From Isurus oxyrinchus (lineage: Eukaryota), in assembly GCA_026770705.1 (NCBI GenBank), contig JANJGN010000015.1, forward strand, positions 103,044,001 to 103,108,000: DNA of 64,000 nucleotides. The letters are read 5' to 3'. Below are positions 12,811 to 26,559 of this stretch, one piece after another. The position numbers and the translations under genes were made by a program. Each line of letters starts with the position of its first letter. Position 1 is the stretch's first letter. The notes beneath the pieces are model-generated. The model saw only the letters and a program-made list of their open reading frames with translations, had not been told where the DNA came from and made no database searches.

Positions 12811-15439
12811 TAGACAATCATATGTAGTTTATCATCTATTGTGTAACAATTTCTACCAAGCTGCCATTCCATAATGAGCTTGAACACTAATAAATGCTGG
12901 CCTAGCCAGCAAAGCCCACATCTCTTAAATAAATTTTAAAAAATCTTGGAAAGTTATGATTCAAATTAATATGGCTGTTTTAACCTATATTTAATGTAAA
13001 TTCAGACAACTGTTCCTTGGGTGAAATTTGATCAAGTATCAGAATTCTCTAGAATCATGATGTTCTCAATGGTGCTGCTTGACCAGTATCAATTAGATCA
13101 AATGTATTCCAAAGGAACAAGTCTCCCACAGGTCTAAAATAAAATACCAAACCACCCTACCATGAATTCAAAATGATCAGCCACAATCCATGCCCAGAAT
13201 TTCACAAAAACAAAAATAATTATCTCTGTTCAGTTCTACTATGCCTTCCCTTGTCTCACTCAGTGACATTTGAGACTCTCACCGACTTCCAGCGGTGCTG
13301 TCATATTATACCCACTGCAGCAGCAAGGTCCAGTCACATTAGGCTGCTGATACTCAAAACCAGCTGAAAGATTATTTCCCAACAGGAGCTGTAAAAGTCA
13401 ACAGGAAACTGTTTTTTGCTGCGAAGTACACAATGCTGTACAGTCAGAAATTTTGAAAATTTTCGACCAAGCAACCATTCCATAACGAGCATGAATACTA
13501 ATAGCTAGAAATCATTCCACACACTTTACTTTAAGAATGTCGCAGTACTCATTCGTTTAGAAGCTTTCAGAATCCATTTTTATCCATTTCATCTCCATGC
13601 TGATCAGGCCAATATTATATTAATTTGAAAAATTAATAATCTGCATTATTCTAATAAAATGAATGCAATACCTAACAACTTCTAAACATAGAGATTATAC
13701 ACTCTTGTTGAAAAAAACACATCATGTACTGCAGTTTGTCCATTTGCAACACTTTTTTAATCATATCTGCTGATATAAGCCCATATTCCACAACATGGAT
13801 TCACAACAGAGAAACAACATAAAAACTCACCCTCCCAAGCAGAAACTCTCACTATAATAGTTATGAAATATATAATACAACTTCCTTATTAAAAATAATC
13901 CATATATCAAACCTCATCAAAAACATAAGATAGCTCCATGATAATCATGGAGCACTTCTGCACTAAATATTTAAACTTAACTGGATGCTCAAAACCCATA
14001 TATGGTTTATTTTTCCATTTTTACTTTAGGATAGTTTCAAAGCCAAACTGATTTTCACAGTACCAAGGGAATGGGACAAGAGGTTGTCTTCACATTTCAT
14101 TACACATGAAGCTGCAAAACCTGTATGTACAATAAAACAAAAGAGACAAAAACTCAGTTCAAAACACATGTCTACAGTGGATCTCCAACAATAAATACTG
14201 GCTCTCACTTTAACCATGGAAGCTTCACAAGCAACTTAATTAGACAGGCACAATCTGCTTTTAATCCAAGTAGATGTAAAATCAAATTAGGAACACTCAA
14301 CAGGAAGTGCGGCATTCTATAATGCCCTAAAATGACAAAGGGTTCAAAGCAAATGGCCATAGTAAGAGAAGTGAGTTGATGGCCGCATTTTGAACTCTGC
14401 TGATTCAGGAATCTGGCATATCAGATCCGCAGTCTACGATCAAGCTGCCCTTTTGAAAACCTCACACTTTCAGCAGCTGAATCAGGGAATTGATTTAGTT
14501 CTTGAATCAGCACTAACTGAAATGACAAATGGCTGCTACAGTGCAATGAACTACAGCTACACTGAATTCAGATAAACACATACCTCATCCAAAATACTGA
14601 ACTTCCCATTCATTTCCAATAAACAAAAAGCAGAATGCTGATGCAAGCAGAAGTGTTCTTGGCAAATTAGTTATATATTTACCAGTGCTGTAACATCACA
14701 CTGAATGCTCAGCCTCTTTTGTGACTCATAACAGCTCACCACTTCGCACTTGCAATGAGAATGTTCTCTTGAAATCATATAATCAGAATGAGAATTACTC
14801 TAAAATGTATTCGGCTACAGACAAATGCCAACATTTCATAATTCATTCTTTCCAAAAATAAGTTTATAAAAATAATTGAAACTCCAGGTTTCCTAAAAAA
14901 ATACCTATGTAAATGAGGCAAGAAAACAACTAGGTCTACACATCAAATGAGACATCAACTTAATTTTAAAATTAATGATGGCTGAAACTATGTACGTATG
15001 GGCACAGACAAATTAATTAATCAATTCTAAAACAAAGCACTGACAAGTCTCCAATAGTGTGGTGGTCTCACTTGTGCTCCATATAGGACCAGTATTGCAC
15101 AGCTTTATTAAAGCCAGCTTCTTCATCTTAGTGCTTACAAAGAAACATGAAGACAGGTAGCCCTTCACAAGAAGCAGGTTAAATCTTCACAGAGATCAAT
15201 TTCTCTACAATTACATTTACAATCTGCCTCCCAACAGGAACCCATGCTTTTTTGCAAATGCACAAAATGCTAAAACGTGAGAGTGGGAGATGAGATAAAG
15301 AAGAAATTGAAAGAATGATGCAGAGCGATTTTGCTTCAGTATTTATCATGGAGATGGGTCAAGCGGACATACATCGGAAGATGAGACTAGAAATGATATA
15401 ACTGCATTTAAAATAAAGAGATATATTAAATAAATTAGT

Positions 15440-15630
15440 CAATCTCAGGAATGTGGAATTTGTTACCACAGGGAACAATTGAGGTGAATAGTTCAGATGC
15501 ATTTAAGGAGAAGGAAATAGAGGGTTATGCTCATATAGACCAGTAAGGATAAGAGGCTTGAGTGGAGCATAAATGCCAACATGGACTGGTTGGGCTGAAT
15601 GGCCCATTTCTGTGCTGCATATGCTATAAT
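15440..15630 (+). mobile_element. CR1 3' tail fragment
   Basis: ggaatgtggaatttgttaccacaggga...ggagcataaatgccaacatggactggttgggctgaatggcccatttctgtgctg. Confidence 0.7.
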
Positions 15631-16354
15631 GCATTCTCGTTATATTCCCACAGCATTATAAATGCTATTTTCTAATAAGCCTGGATTTTTATTTACATAA
15701 AGGATTTTAGCCTTTAGTGGAGTTATCTTTGAATAAACATTAGATACTGAAGAATAATCCCTCTGCTCTTACTGTATGTAATGCAGAAAGAATCTGTAGC
15801 TCTCACTGGGAAAGTCAATTACATCCCGGCAGCGAGCACAAACTCTCTTAGGAAATCAGAGATCGACATTTGACCTAATCTAGTGGTTACTGTGGTCATA
15901 AAGTATGCATTCCAATGTATGTGAACAGAATACAGAAAGTTTCACTGTAACTTGTTTACAAAGTGATCCGGGGAGATGCCTGGTCAGAGAATTCCACAAC
16001 AGAAGTAAACTAGGATTTTAAAGAAAAACGTTATTTCCCATCGCTAAAAAACTTGGAACAGACATGACATTCATATTCTTCACACCTTCAGCAATCCCAG
16101 TTTCAAGGTGGCACCAGAGATAGTGACACAGTCCTAGTGCAGCTCAATAATAGCTATTTATGGGAAAAATGTATCATTCCACAGTACGTGTTGGCAACAG
16201 TTTAGCTTCAATAGTTTGACAGTAAGTTTTAATCAGCTAAATAGGTTAGACAAGTGGCTGATGGAAAGGAGAATGGGATATGGGAACAAAGCAGGCACAT
16301 GGTATAAGGACTATTGCTTATGTAATGTATAAACATCAGCACAGACTAAGATGA

Positions 16355-18130
16355 TATGAAATGGGAGCAGGAGTAGGCCACTTGGCTCCTTCGAGCCTGC
16401 TCCGCCATTCACTAAGATCCATGGTTGAACATCCAAATCAGTTCCAATTTCCTGTTCTATCCCCATATCCTTTGATTCCCTTAGTGCTCAAAAATCTACT
16501 GATTTTGGTATTATATACTCATCGACAGCATCCACATTCCTCCATCTACCATCTTCCTGCCCAATCACTTAACTGCTCAATATCCTTTGCAATCTCTTTA
16601 TGTCCTCCTCAGAGCCTACTTTCCCAACTTTTTTCTTTCAACAACAAACTTGGATATATTGCACTTGATCCCCTCATCTAAGTCATTGATACAGATTACA
16701 AATAGCTGAGGTCCAAACACTGATCTTTGTGGCATCCATTAGCCAAACCCTACATTTTTTAATCTATGCTAATATATTACCGCCATTCCATGAACCCTTA
16801 TGTTGACAAAAACCTGCTGTCTTATTGAATGACTACTGAAAATTCAAATATGCATCCAATGGTTCCTCCTCATCTACCCAGCTAGCTGCTCCTGGAAAAA
16901 AATCTCTAATAGATTTATCAAGTATGATTTCCCTTTCTTAAAATCCTGTTGACTCTGCCTAATTCTGATGCGATTTTCCAAGTGCCCCGTCACCAAGTCC
17001 TTAATGAAAGGTTCTAGCATTTCCCCTCCTACTGTTGTCAGGATTACTGGCCTACAAATTTTTCTGTTCTCTCTCCTTTCTTGAACAGCATGGTTACATT
17101 GGTTACCTTCCAATCTATGGGGATAGTTCTAGAATCTAGAGAATTCTGGAAGATCAAAACCAATGCATCCACTATCTCAGCAGCCACTCATTTTAGAATC
17201 CTGGGAGATAGAGTAGAGGTTCTAGGGGATTTGTTGGATTTTAGACCCACTAATTTCTCCAACACATTTTCTTTACTAATATTAATTACTATCATGCTCT
17301 TAATTTGCACTGGACCCTTGGTTCCTCATAATTTCTGTTATGTTCTTTGTGACTTCCACTGTGAAGACAGACATAAAATATTTGTTTAATGTTTGCCATT
17401 TCGTCACTCTCCATTATAATTTCTCCCCTTTCTGCCTCAGGGGACCTACATTAACTTGTGCTAATCTCTTCATTTTTACATAAGTTCTTACAATGTGTTT
17501 TGATACTTGCTATTTTGATCTCATGCTCTACTTTCTCCCTCTATCGTTTTCTTGGTCATCTTTTGCTGATTTTTAAAATCCGCCCAACCCTCAGGCTGAC
17601 TAAACTTTTGGGCAACATTGTAAGCCTCTACTTTTAGTCTAGTACTACCCTTAACTTCTCTAGTTAGCCACTGATGTGACACTTTTCAATTGAGTTTTTA
17701 ATCCCTCAAAGGAATGAACATTCATTGAGAATGAGTTATTTCTTTCAATGTCTGCTACTGCTTATCTACCATCGTACAACTCTTTCAATCTAATATCCCC
17801 AAGCTACCTCGGTTAACTTGTCCATCATACTTCTGTAGTTAGCTTTTTTTAAACTTAAGACCCCAGTTTCATACTTAACCATATCACTCTCAAGCTTAAT
17901 GTGAAATTTTAACATATGATCAGACTTCCCCAGAGGATAGTTTTACTACAAGACTACAAATTAAGCTCTGTGTCATTACATAACACTAGATTTAACATAG
18001 CTCATTCCCTAATCGATTTGTCAGCATTTTGTTTTAGGAAAAGATATGGAATACATTCCATGAACTCACCCTCCAAGTTACATTTGCCAATTTGGTTTGT
18101 CCGAGTATACATGAAGATGAAAGTCTCCCA
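16355..18130 (-). mobile_element. Degraded CR1 LINE (3' UTR through RT and endonuclease region)
   Basis: HLENR.RIRQSQ..F.KGKS.L.NLLE motif at ~16900-17000; CR1 3' UTR at ~16355-16520. Boundaries approximate. Confidence 0.8.
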
Positions 18131-18411
18131 GTTGCGGGTTGAGCTGGACAGCTTTTCCCATTTTGCAACTTCTATTAGGTTCTATCACTTTGCATTGATC
18201 CCATAGTAATCTAGATATATTAACATAATGGAAATTTGGAGAAGCAGGAAATCAAGGATACCGAACTGTCAAACCTGCCTGTAAACATGATCGGTACAAA
18301 TATTTTATATTCATAGGATATATATTTCTAGGAAATATATAGATTGAAAATGAGTTTCAAAGATATCCTAGAACACAATATTAAGGATGCATCATTTAAA
18401 AAAAAAACACT

Positions 18412-19645
18412 GGGCAGGATTTCAAGGTCCCCAAGCTGGCGGGTTTGCAGGAGTTGGGGGGGGGGGGTGGGGGGGACGACCATAAAATTCCCTGGATGGT
18501 CTTTCTGCCGGCCCCCGACCTGACTGTAATTTTACGGGGGGAGGGCAAAGCCTAGGGTGGCCCACCCACCCTTGCCACAATTAGCCAATCAGATAAGCCA
18601 GCAGCTGAGGCAGGGGCAAAATTCCTGTCTCAAGCCAATTAATAGTACCTTTAAGCCATTGGATCTTTGTTGGATCAATTATACATTATACTTTCACCAA
18701 ATGAAATATGAGTCAGATATTCTAACCAGGGCAATAATTCAAAAACTACAAAAAGTAAAGATTACAAATGAAAGGCATCTAAACAAAAAACATTGAGGGA
18801 TGGGGGGCAGGGGGCAATGGATCTTTTTGGATGCTTGCAACAGCTCCTAGGATTGATGTGAGACAGAGTGGGAGAGAGAGACACAAGACAGAGACAGGGG
18901 GCTGAATATTAGGCCCACCAGCACCACTGCCACCCCACCTCCCGGAAGCACGCCGACACACTCCACCCCTTGCTGCAGGTGGGCCGAACAAGGGCCAAGT
19001 GAGACTTCTGCCCTCACTGGGCAGGAAGTCCCACCCTTGGGAGCTGCCAACCAATCTGATTGGCCAGTAGCTCCATCAGTCCCAGCAACACCAAGAGCAC
19101 AATAGTGGGTGCTGCCATGACTGCAGCAAGAACGAGCAATGGATCCCTGGAAACAGATAACTCCAGGGTCTTGGTCAGGAAGGGTTTTGGGGAGTTTAGG
19201 AAAGGGGGCGGGTGTGAGGGGGGTGGTGCTGGTGAGTTTAAGGTTGCAGGCAGGTAGGAAGAAACCAGGGGTGGGCTTTATCATAGGGGTACAGCTCCCT
19301 CGTCTGCAAAGGGCAGTCACCAAAGAATGAACTCCCTCTTCCTACCTGCCCTTTGAAGGATTCATATTTTTGAAAATTGGCTGCCATTCTTGCCTGACTC
19401 CCCATGCTAAACGTTTTATGGCATGGGCAGCATATTATCAGGGTCAATTGGCTTGGCAACAAGGTTAATTGATCCCTGATTACCTATTTAAATAGAGTGG
19501 GCGAACTGCTGATTTAGGCACCCACCCCCCCGCAATATTATGGGAGCGAGCTCGAGGATGTGTGGGGGGAGGTGGTGGGATGGGCAACCGCAGTATTTTA
19601 CATGCATCCCCCCCCCCCCCACCCCCCCCCAAACATGCCTGGCAG
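18412..19645. mobile_element. GC-rich non-autonomous DNA transposon (MITE-like, Harbinger-type termini)
   Basis: Ends gggcaggattt and aaaatgcagccc. Internal block 19000-19090 is the reverse-complement homologue of 51230-51320. Confidence 0.65.
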
Positions 19646-19899
19646 AGGCATGTAAAATGCAGCCCAAAGGAAGAGAGAGAGAGAGAGAAAATGCCCATGA
19701 GAGAAAGAGAAAGTAAGTTAAAACAGAAGTGAACACTGAAAATTAGGCACTGCTACATCTGTCTCATCGTTAGTTTGAATCTCAACAACCCCATTCAGTT
19801 CACAAGCATGACCATGAGATTTCAGTTGCCGGTCATTTTTAGTTTTTGTTCAAATCTCACCTCAATGGCAAATCAAGAAAGTGCCTTGTCATTCGATTA

Positions 19900-20266
19900 G
19901 GCAATTTACAGTCTTCCAGGCTTAACAGCCAGTTCAACAATTTCAGACCATGATTGCTGTCCCCATCTTTTCACACAGCAATTTCTGGCAATGATTCCGC
20001 TATTCCTATTTACTTGTCCTTTTTGCCTTGCACCACCTAGGGTTGATAGGTTTGTCATTTAATTGCTCCTGCCTTCCTCCATATCCCTCTTGATCGATCT
20101 TCCCCTCCTTCCCTTTCCTGGTTTCCATATTCAGCTAAAACATGTTGCATCCTGAATTTTACCAGTTCTAATGATAGGTCATCGAACTGAAATGTTAGCT
20201 TTGTTTCCCTTTCCACAGATGTTGCTCAACTTGCTGAATACTTCCAGCATTTTCTGTTTTTATTCC
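19900..20266 (+). mobile_element. Penelope-like element 3' end / pLTR remnant
   Basis: cagttctaatgataggtcatcgaactgaaatgttagct...cacagatgttgct..acttgctgaatacttccagcattttctgttttt matches the pLTR family. The left boundary is approximate. Confidence 0.6.
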
Positions 20267-20585
20267 ACAATTCTAAAAATTTGCTAAGCAGACTTGACAG
20301 TGAATTGGGCACATTAAGTCAATCTTTTAATAAAGTTTGATTTTAGTGAATACCGAAGTTGTTCAGTTTCAGTCTAATGAGAACAAATTTGCATTTAGAA
20401 AACACTTTTCACAAGCTCAGAAGGTTCCAAAGCACTTGACAACCAATTAACTATTTTTGAAATGTAGTCACGCATAAATTTATTTATATTTATATATATA
20501 TATATAGTGTGCATGATGCCTGTAAGATCAAACAAGTTAGAGAAATGGGGAAGAGTCTAGTTATAAACTTTAGACATTGCACTTC

Positions 20586-21344
20586 ATTAACAAAGAATGA
20601 AATCTGATAACTTTGCAGTTTATTTTTGAGATTCCTGTCCAGAGTTGCATCAGCTGTTTGCCCTCTTTATACCGAGTTCAATTTCCCAGTGAGGTTCCTG
20701 AGTACAGTCTTTGTAACACTGACCCTGTGTTCACTTTTTCATGACTGTGCAACTTTCAGGTGTGTGTGCATAATGTACCTCTTCCTCGTGCAGAAATAGT
20801 ATTTTTGTTCATGAAAGGAGGCAATGGAATACAGATCAAGATCTTGAGTAATCCTCCAAATTGGACCTTACAATTGCATGTATTGCAAATTAAATATTTT
20901 GTTTATCTCATCTTCCAACCATTTATCTAAACACTTAACATATACGTTTCCATATTCTACATGATTCTGCTATATACATAAACTCACTTTTTTGTTGGTA
21001 CAATGCCAACTTTTAATTCTGTACTCGCAATTGTCCCTCCAACTGTCAGCCATGCATTGTAAGGTCCAATTTGGAAGATTACTCAAGATCTTGATCTGTA
21101 TTCCATTGCCTCCTTTCATGAACAAAAATACTATTTCTGCACGAGGAAGAGGTACATTATGCACACACACCTGAAAGTTGCACAGTCATGAAAAAATGAA
21201 CACAGAGTCAGTGTTACAAAGACTGTACTCAGGAACCTCACTGGGAAATTGAACTCGGTATAAAGAGGGCAAACAGCTGATGCAAATCTGGGCAGGAATC
21301 TCAAAAATAAACTGCAAAGTTATCAGATTTCATTCTTTGTTAAT
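20586..21344. repeat. Long inverted repeat: ~295-bp arms (20586-20880 and 21051-21344), 170-bp spacer
   Basis: Manual alignment shows reverse-complement arms with about 5 substitutions and one 1-nt indel. Confidence 0.97.
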
Positions 21345-22447
21345 TGGTAGATGTAATACTTTGAAAATAACTCCAAAATCAACTTTTCTACCAACCTAAT
21401 GACAACATGACCACCCTTACAGATATTCAAAATGCCACAAAGGATTAACCCAAAATATGTTTTAATTGGAAAAGACATAAGCTGATTAGCACCTGACATT
21501 AGATTTGCCTATTCAGTCAGTCATGCAAGTCAACCGCATTCCATGCTGACCGAGGACAGCCACAAAAATACTTCAAATCAGATTTACTCCCTTCTTCCGG
21601 AGCAACATTGGAGGGAACTCCCAATAACTAGCTATTATTAGCACAGTTCAACACAACTGTCCATGCAGCTGAATCTGCTTGGAAGACACAGACCTGCATT
21701 ATGAGTCGCAGTCATTTTCTGCACCGCAATATTTAAACAGAGTTTAGTCAGTAACATTTCTATAATGCTCAGCAAAAAATGTTGTTTAATTTAATGTAAA
21801 GTTAGAGAAAAATAATGTAGTCATTTCATAAAATTAACATCCAGCTGAATTAATTCTCAGTTCGTTCACATATTCATTATGCACACAGTTGTAACAAACT
21901 TTTACAAACATACTATATCAGTCTTCCTCCACCCAGCACTACATGAGCTATATAGTCAATAGAGAGATAAAGCCTCAATAAAATAAATAACTTGCATAGG
22001 ATCGTAAATTAGTAAAACATCTCGTGCTTCACAAAGGCATAAGGAGAAATGGACGCCAAAGCAAAAAAGGGAAGACTGGGAGGGATAACCAAACATTTGC
22101 TTAAAGGTCTTACAGATCTGTAATATCAGGGATTCAGCTATTTTTTAGTGCCACGTATATACCACCAATAGGATGTGGATCTTTCAAACACAGTTCCTGC
22201 AGATTATTTTCATTAAATAACAGTCCATAATCTGAACTGACTCAAAATTCCACTAGTCCAAAATAAAATCAAGTTGTGTTGGGGTTGACCCTGCAGATGC
22301 CTATCAAAGATCTCAGTGAATCATAAGAAGTGACTTCAGTTTTGCAGTGCCTGACTTTGTGCACTAAAAGAAATGATTTTTATATTCTGTAGTGCCTTTC
22401 ACAACCTCAGGATGTCTCAAATTGCGATGAAGTACTTTTTAAGTATA

Positions 22448-22681
22448 AAAGCAAAAAACTGCAGATGCTGGAAATCCAAAACAAAAACAAAAATATCTGG
22501 AAAAACTCAGCAAGTCTGGCAGCATCTGCAGATAGGAGCACAGTTAACGTTTCGAGTCCGAATGACCCTTCAACAGTTTTACTTAGTTCTGTTGAAGGGT
22601 CATTCGGACTCGAAATGTTAACTGTGCTCCTAGCCGCAGATGCTGTCAGACTTGCTGAGCTTTTCCAGGTATTTTTGTTTT
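22448..22681. mobile_element. Palindromic Penelope-pLTR-derived mini-element with 15-bp TSD
   Basis: Arms ~22475-22576 and 22589-22681 are reverse complements and homologous to the pLTR at 3472-3575. TSD tactttttaagtata (22433-22447) and tacttttgaagtata (22682-22696). Inserted in a SINE tail. Confidence 0.85.
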
Positions 22682-25589
22682 TACTTTTGAAGTATAGTAA
22701 TCACTGCAACAATATAGTCAGGTGTCACATTTACAGAAGAAGCATTTTCCACATCAACAAGAATAGTATGTAAAATGAAAAAATAAATGTCCAAAATACT
22801 TCTGTCAATGCGTAAGTTATGTGAATAACTAGTCATCTATTCAAAGAAAATACAAATAATTTCTTATTTCTAGACAGTGGGCCAAATCTTCCAGGCAAAA
22901 TAGTGGAGATTCATGAAATATGCAGTTATTAATGCACTAAAGCAGCAGAATGTCCGAGCAAAGAAATACACTGCAAGTTGTAAATCTCCATAGCTTGCTG
23001 GTTGATTTATGCTGCTTCGCACAAACGGCAGCTTGCCCTCAATCTCCCCATAATTTTTGAGAACTTTGCTGGATTTGACATTAATTGGCCATTAAACTTC
23101 TCTCAGAAAGTTAGGGCATGTATTTAATATTATAACTTTTTTTTTAATCAATGTGATATTATTAGCAATGCTAATAAACCTTTCCTGCCCAAAAAGAAAA
23201 CATTTTAAACTGTGGTGTCTCATTCCTGCAGGTAGTAAATTCTTAGACATTTTTTTAAAGAAGTACTTTAAAAAACTAACTTCTCCTTTCTGTCTCTCTT
23301 GTAACACAATCTTTCTTTACCTGATTTGACTTTAACTTATCCAATCTAATTCATCCTCCTTCCCCTCTATTCCTGTTTCTTTCTCAATCCTTTATAAGAC
23401 TTTTGGCCACGTTGTTCCCTAAAGTCCCAGATACCCCATTGCCCTTGCCACACCATTACATACTCACACTTCAGCAACTTATGTTCCAAATTATACTCGA
23501 GCTGAAGGGTGCAGGAAAAAGTCCAAATAATGGTGCATGCCACGAGATGTGCTGTTCCAGCAAGGTTTGGCCTACTACATTCAAATTTTAATTCATGGTC
23601 CCCTGGAGAATGCACCCTGCCCGAATGATGCAAGCCTAGAAAATGATTGCTCAATTTGTTAAACAAGATTTGCCTAGACTGTCCAAACTGGTAGAACTCT
23701 TTACATCCACACAGTGAGCACAAATTGTGCTATGGAATAAGTCCTACAATACGGTGTTCTAATCAACCCACATCGAACGACAGCCAGTATGTATCTAAAA
23801 ATAACTCACCCCGAGCACAGTGGGAATGTAAGCTATGAACAGATGCATTTAGGGGAAGTTCGATAAATACGAGGAAGAAAGAAATAGAAAGCCAATTGGG
23901 TTGACTGGCAGCTTGCATGTGTATATTCACTGTAATAACCTGGTATTGTCTGAAATGATTTCTGACACTATACTTACTTGAGGAAAATTCTTGGCAGTCA
24001 TTATATCTACTTTTGAATAAAAGTACTGAGTCATTATAAGCAAGGTAAACATTTCTTAACTATGTCAAGAACAGATTTACTACACCAACACATGCAACTG
24101 CAGGTGTCCCTGAAGAAAGGTTTGAATGTAGCATTACATAACCAGCATCAAAAGTAAACTTCAAAGCTAGGTGCACCTAGATAAGGGACCGGTGCAACTT
24201 CTTTTACTAGGGAAGATATATTTGATCCAATTTATTCAACAAAAGTTGACAATAATAATTTTACACCTCAATAGCAAAAACTTCTATTTATATCGCAGCT
24301 TTAACTCAGCAAATGTCCCAAACTGCATCCACAAAGATTGTTAATCGAAATTTGACACCGAGCCACAGGAGATATTAGGATAAACGGCCAAAGGCTTGGT
24401 TAAAATGATAGATATTCCCACAACTGCTATAAACTATGCAAATTAACGAGAAAACTCTAGTCCTGAGGTACCCAGGTGGCTAAAATTTGAAACAAAACAA
24501 AAATACAATTTTATTAACCGTGTTGCTTGGGGTGTGGAGGCTGTGGTGGGGGTTGGGTAGCCTGAGAAATCTCTCATCATACCCGATGTCACTTGGGAAT
24601 TGGATAAATACTAAGTCAGGGTTTATGTAAAAACAGTGAACTTCACACTTGGGGTGATATGTACTTATCTCACAGAAATTAGTTTCTAAGCTGAAATGAA
24701 AACTCTGAATCACCGCTAAGTTACACCAAAAACTTAGCATCAACTCATATACCATAACAAGCAGCAAATTTGCAGAACAAGCCTTCTAATCTTAGCTTTC
24801 TTGGCATTACTACAAAACTTTGTTCCTTCTTCTCTGCATTCTAAATGCAAAGACCTTAGACTTCAGCACATCCAAAACCTTAGCCAAAATGTCTCTGCTA
24901 CTCATCTCTTACTCCATTACCCCATTTTTCTCTGTCATCGTGATTAAAATTGCTGCTCTTAGTTATCACCTTCAACTTCTTAACTTTGACACTATTTATC
25001 ATTTTAACTTCGTCTACAGATCCCTCATTGACACTGCTTTTCACTAATCCCGTTCATACCAATGCCAACAACACATCATTCATTAATTTCTCTCATCCAT
25101 ACATGTATGATCACTGCTGGTGTATCACCAGACTTCACTGTTTGATCCTCCTTCATCATCTACATGGTGACATCATCCAAAATAACAGGACTGGGTTCTA
25201 TGTGTGGTGGATGACACCTATTTTACCCTCTTATCTTCCCTTGATTTCATGGCTGCTGTTGAAATTTCCAACTGACTGTCTGACGTTAAAGAGATGTCTT
25301 GAATAAAAGTTGTTTATATATTATTACTGGCCAGGCACAGCAGTGATTTCAGTCACCCTATAGATGCGGCAAAGAAAAACAGTACCGAGGCTTTTGTATA
25401 GAGCCAAGCTACAAATCTGGGTCAATTATTGAACAAGCAACAATATTGTGTGCTTTTTGAAACAGGAAATGAATTAAACCTTAGAATTTGGGTTCTTACA
25501 ATGTTTTAAATAAAGTTATCTCTTAATGTTCCACTTGTACACAGTCTACTTCCTGCAGGTAATGCTGCAGTGGATCTGGTAAGCAACTA

Positions 25590-26275
25590 TGACATCGCTG
25601 AATCCCCCACTATCAACACCATGAGGGTCACCACTGATCAGTAACTGAACTGGACTAGCCGTATAAATGCTGTGGCTACAAGAGCAGGCCAGAGACTAGG
25701 AATCCTGCAGCGAGTAACTCACATCCTGACTCCCCAAAACCTGTCCATCATCTACAAGGCACAAGTCAGGAGTGTGATGCAATACTTTCCTGGAATATTT
25801 GCCTGGAAGAGTGCAGCTCCAACAGCGCTCAAAAAGCTTGACACCATCCAGGACAAAACAGCCCGCTTGACTGGCACACTATCAACAAACATTTGCTCCC
25901 TGCACCACCGACACACAATGTCAGCAATGTGTACCATCTACAAGGTGCACTACAGAAACTCACCAAGCCTGCTTAAGATAGCACCTTTCAAACCTATGAC
26001 CACAACCATCCAGAAGGACAAGTGCAGCAGACCAATGGGAACACCACCACCTGGAAGTTCTCCTCCAAGCCACTCACCATCCTGACCTGGAAACATATCG
26101 CCGTTCTTTCAATATCTCTGGGTCAAAATCCTGGAACTCCCTTCCAATTGGCACTGTGGATGTACCTGCACCACATGGGCTGCAGCAGTTCAAGAAGGCA
26201 GCTCACCACCACCTTCTCAAGGGATGGGGAATAAATGCTGGCCTAGCTCACATCCCATGAAGAAATATAAAAAAC
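25590..26275 (+). mobile_element. Non-LTR retrotransposon (CR1/L2-group) ORF2 C-terminus and 3' end
   Basis: ATRAGQRLGIL.RVTH.LTPQ.LS.IYKAQVRSVM.Y...AW..AAPT.LKKLDTIQDK. The 3' end gctcaccaccaccttctcaagg...ataaatgctggcc is shared with 11935-12090 and 49955-50615. Confidence 0.85.
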
Positions 26276-26559
26276 CTCATAAAATAAACACATTCCCATG
26301 CATAATTGGAATTCAAAAGAGCTTAAGATTCCCACATTTCAAGTATCTGACCTGAATCAATCTGTCAGGGAATGAGACAGCTCCGAAAGTGTTTGCGGTA
26401 ACTTCAAGTTCAAATTATGTGATTATATCCACATTTTAGTGAAAATTGCGCAAATATAATGTTGAAGGTTTATCCAAACACAATATGTTGCCTTTTCAGG
26501 ATCCATAAAAATTGGTAGTTTAGGTGTGTTAAGCTAGTAACAAGAAGGAAAATGAGCAG

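Noticed and set aside
14584-14700. Strong donor GAG|gtatgt suggesting an extra exon in intron 3
   Set aside because: No convincing upstream acceptor or pyrimidine tract, and no SPEN-like reading frame.
18779-19736. Cluster of overlapping ORFs and G/C runs (possible gene or G-quadruplex element)
   Set aside because: All lie within a GC-rich MITE-like repeat that also occurs at 38144 and 50740.
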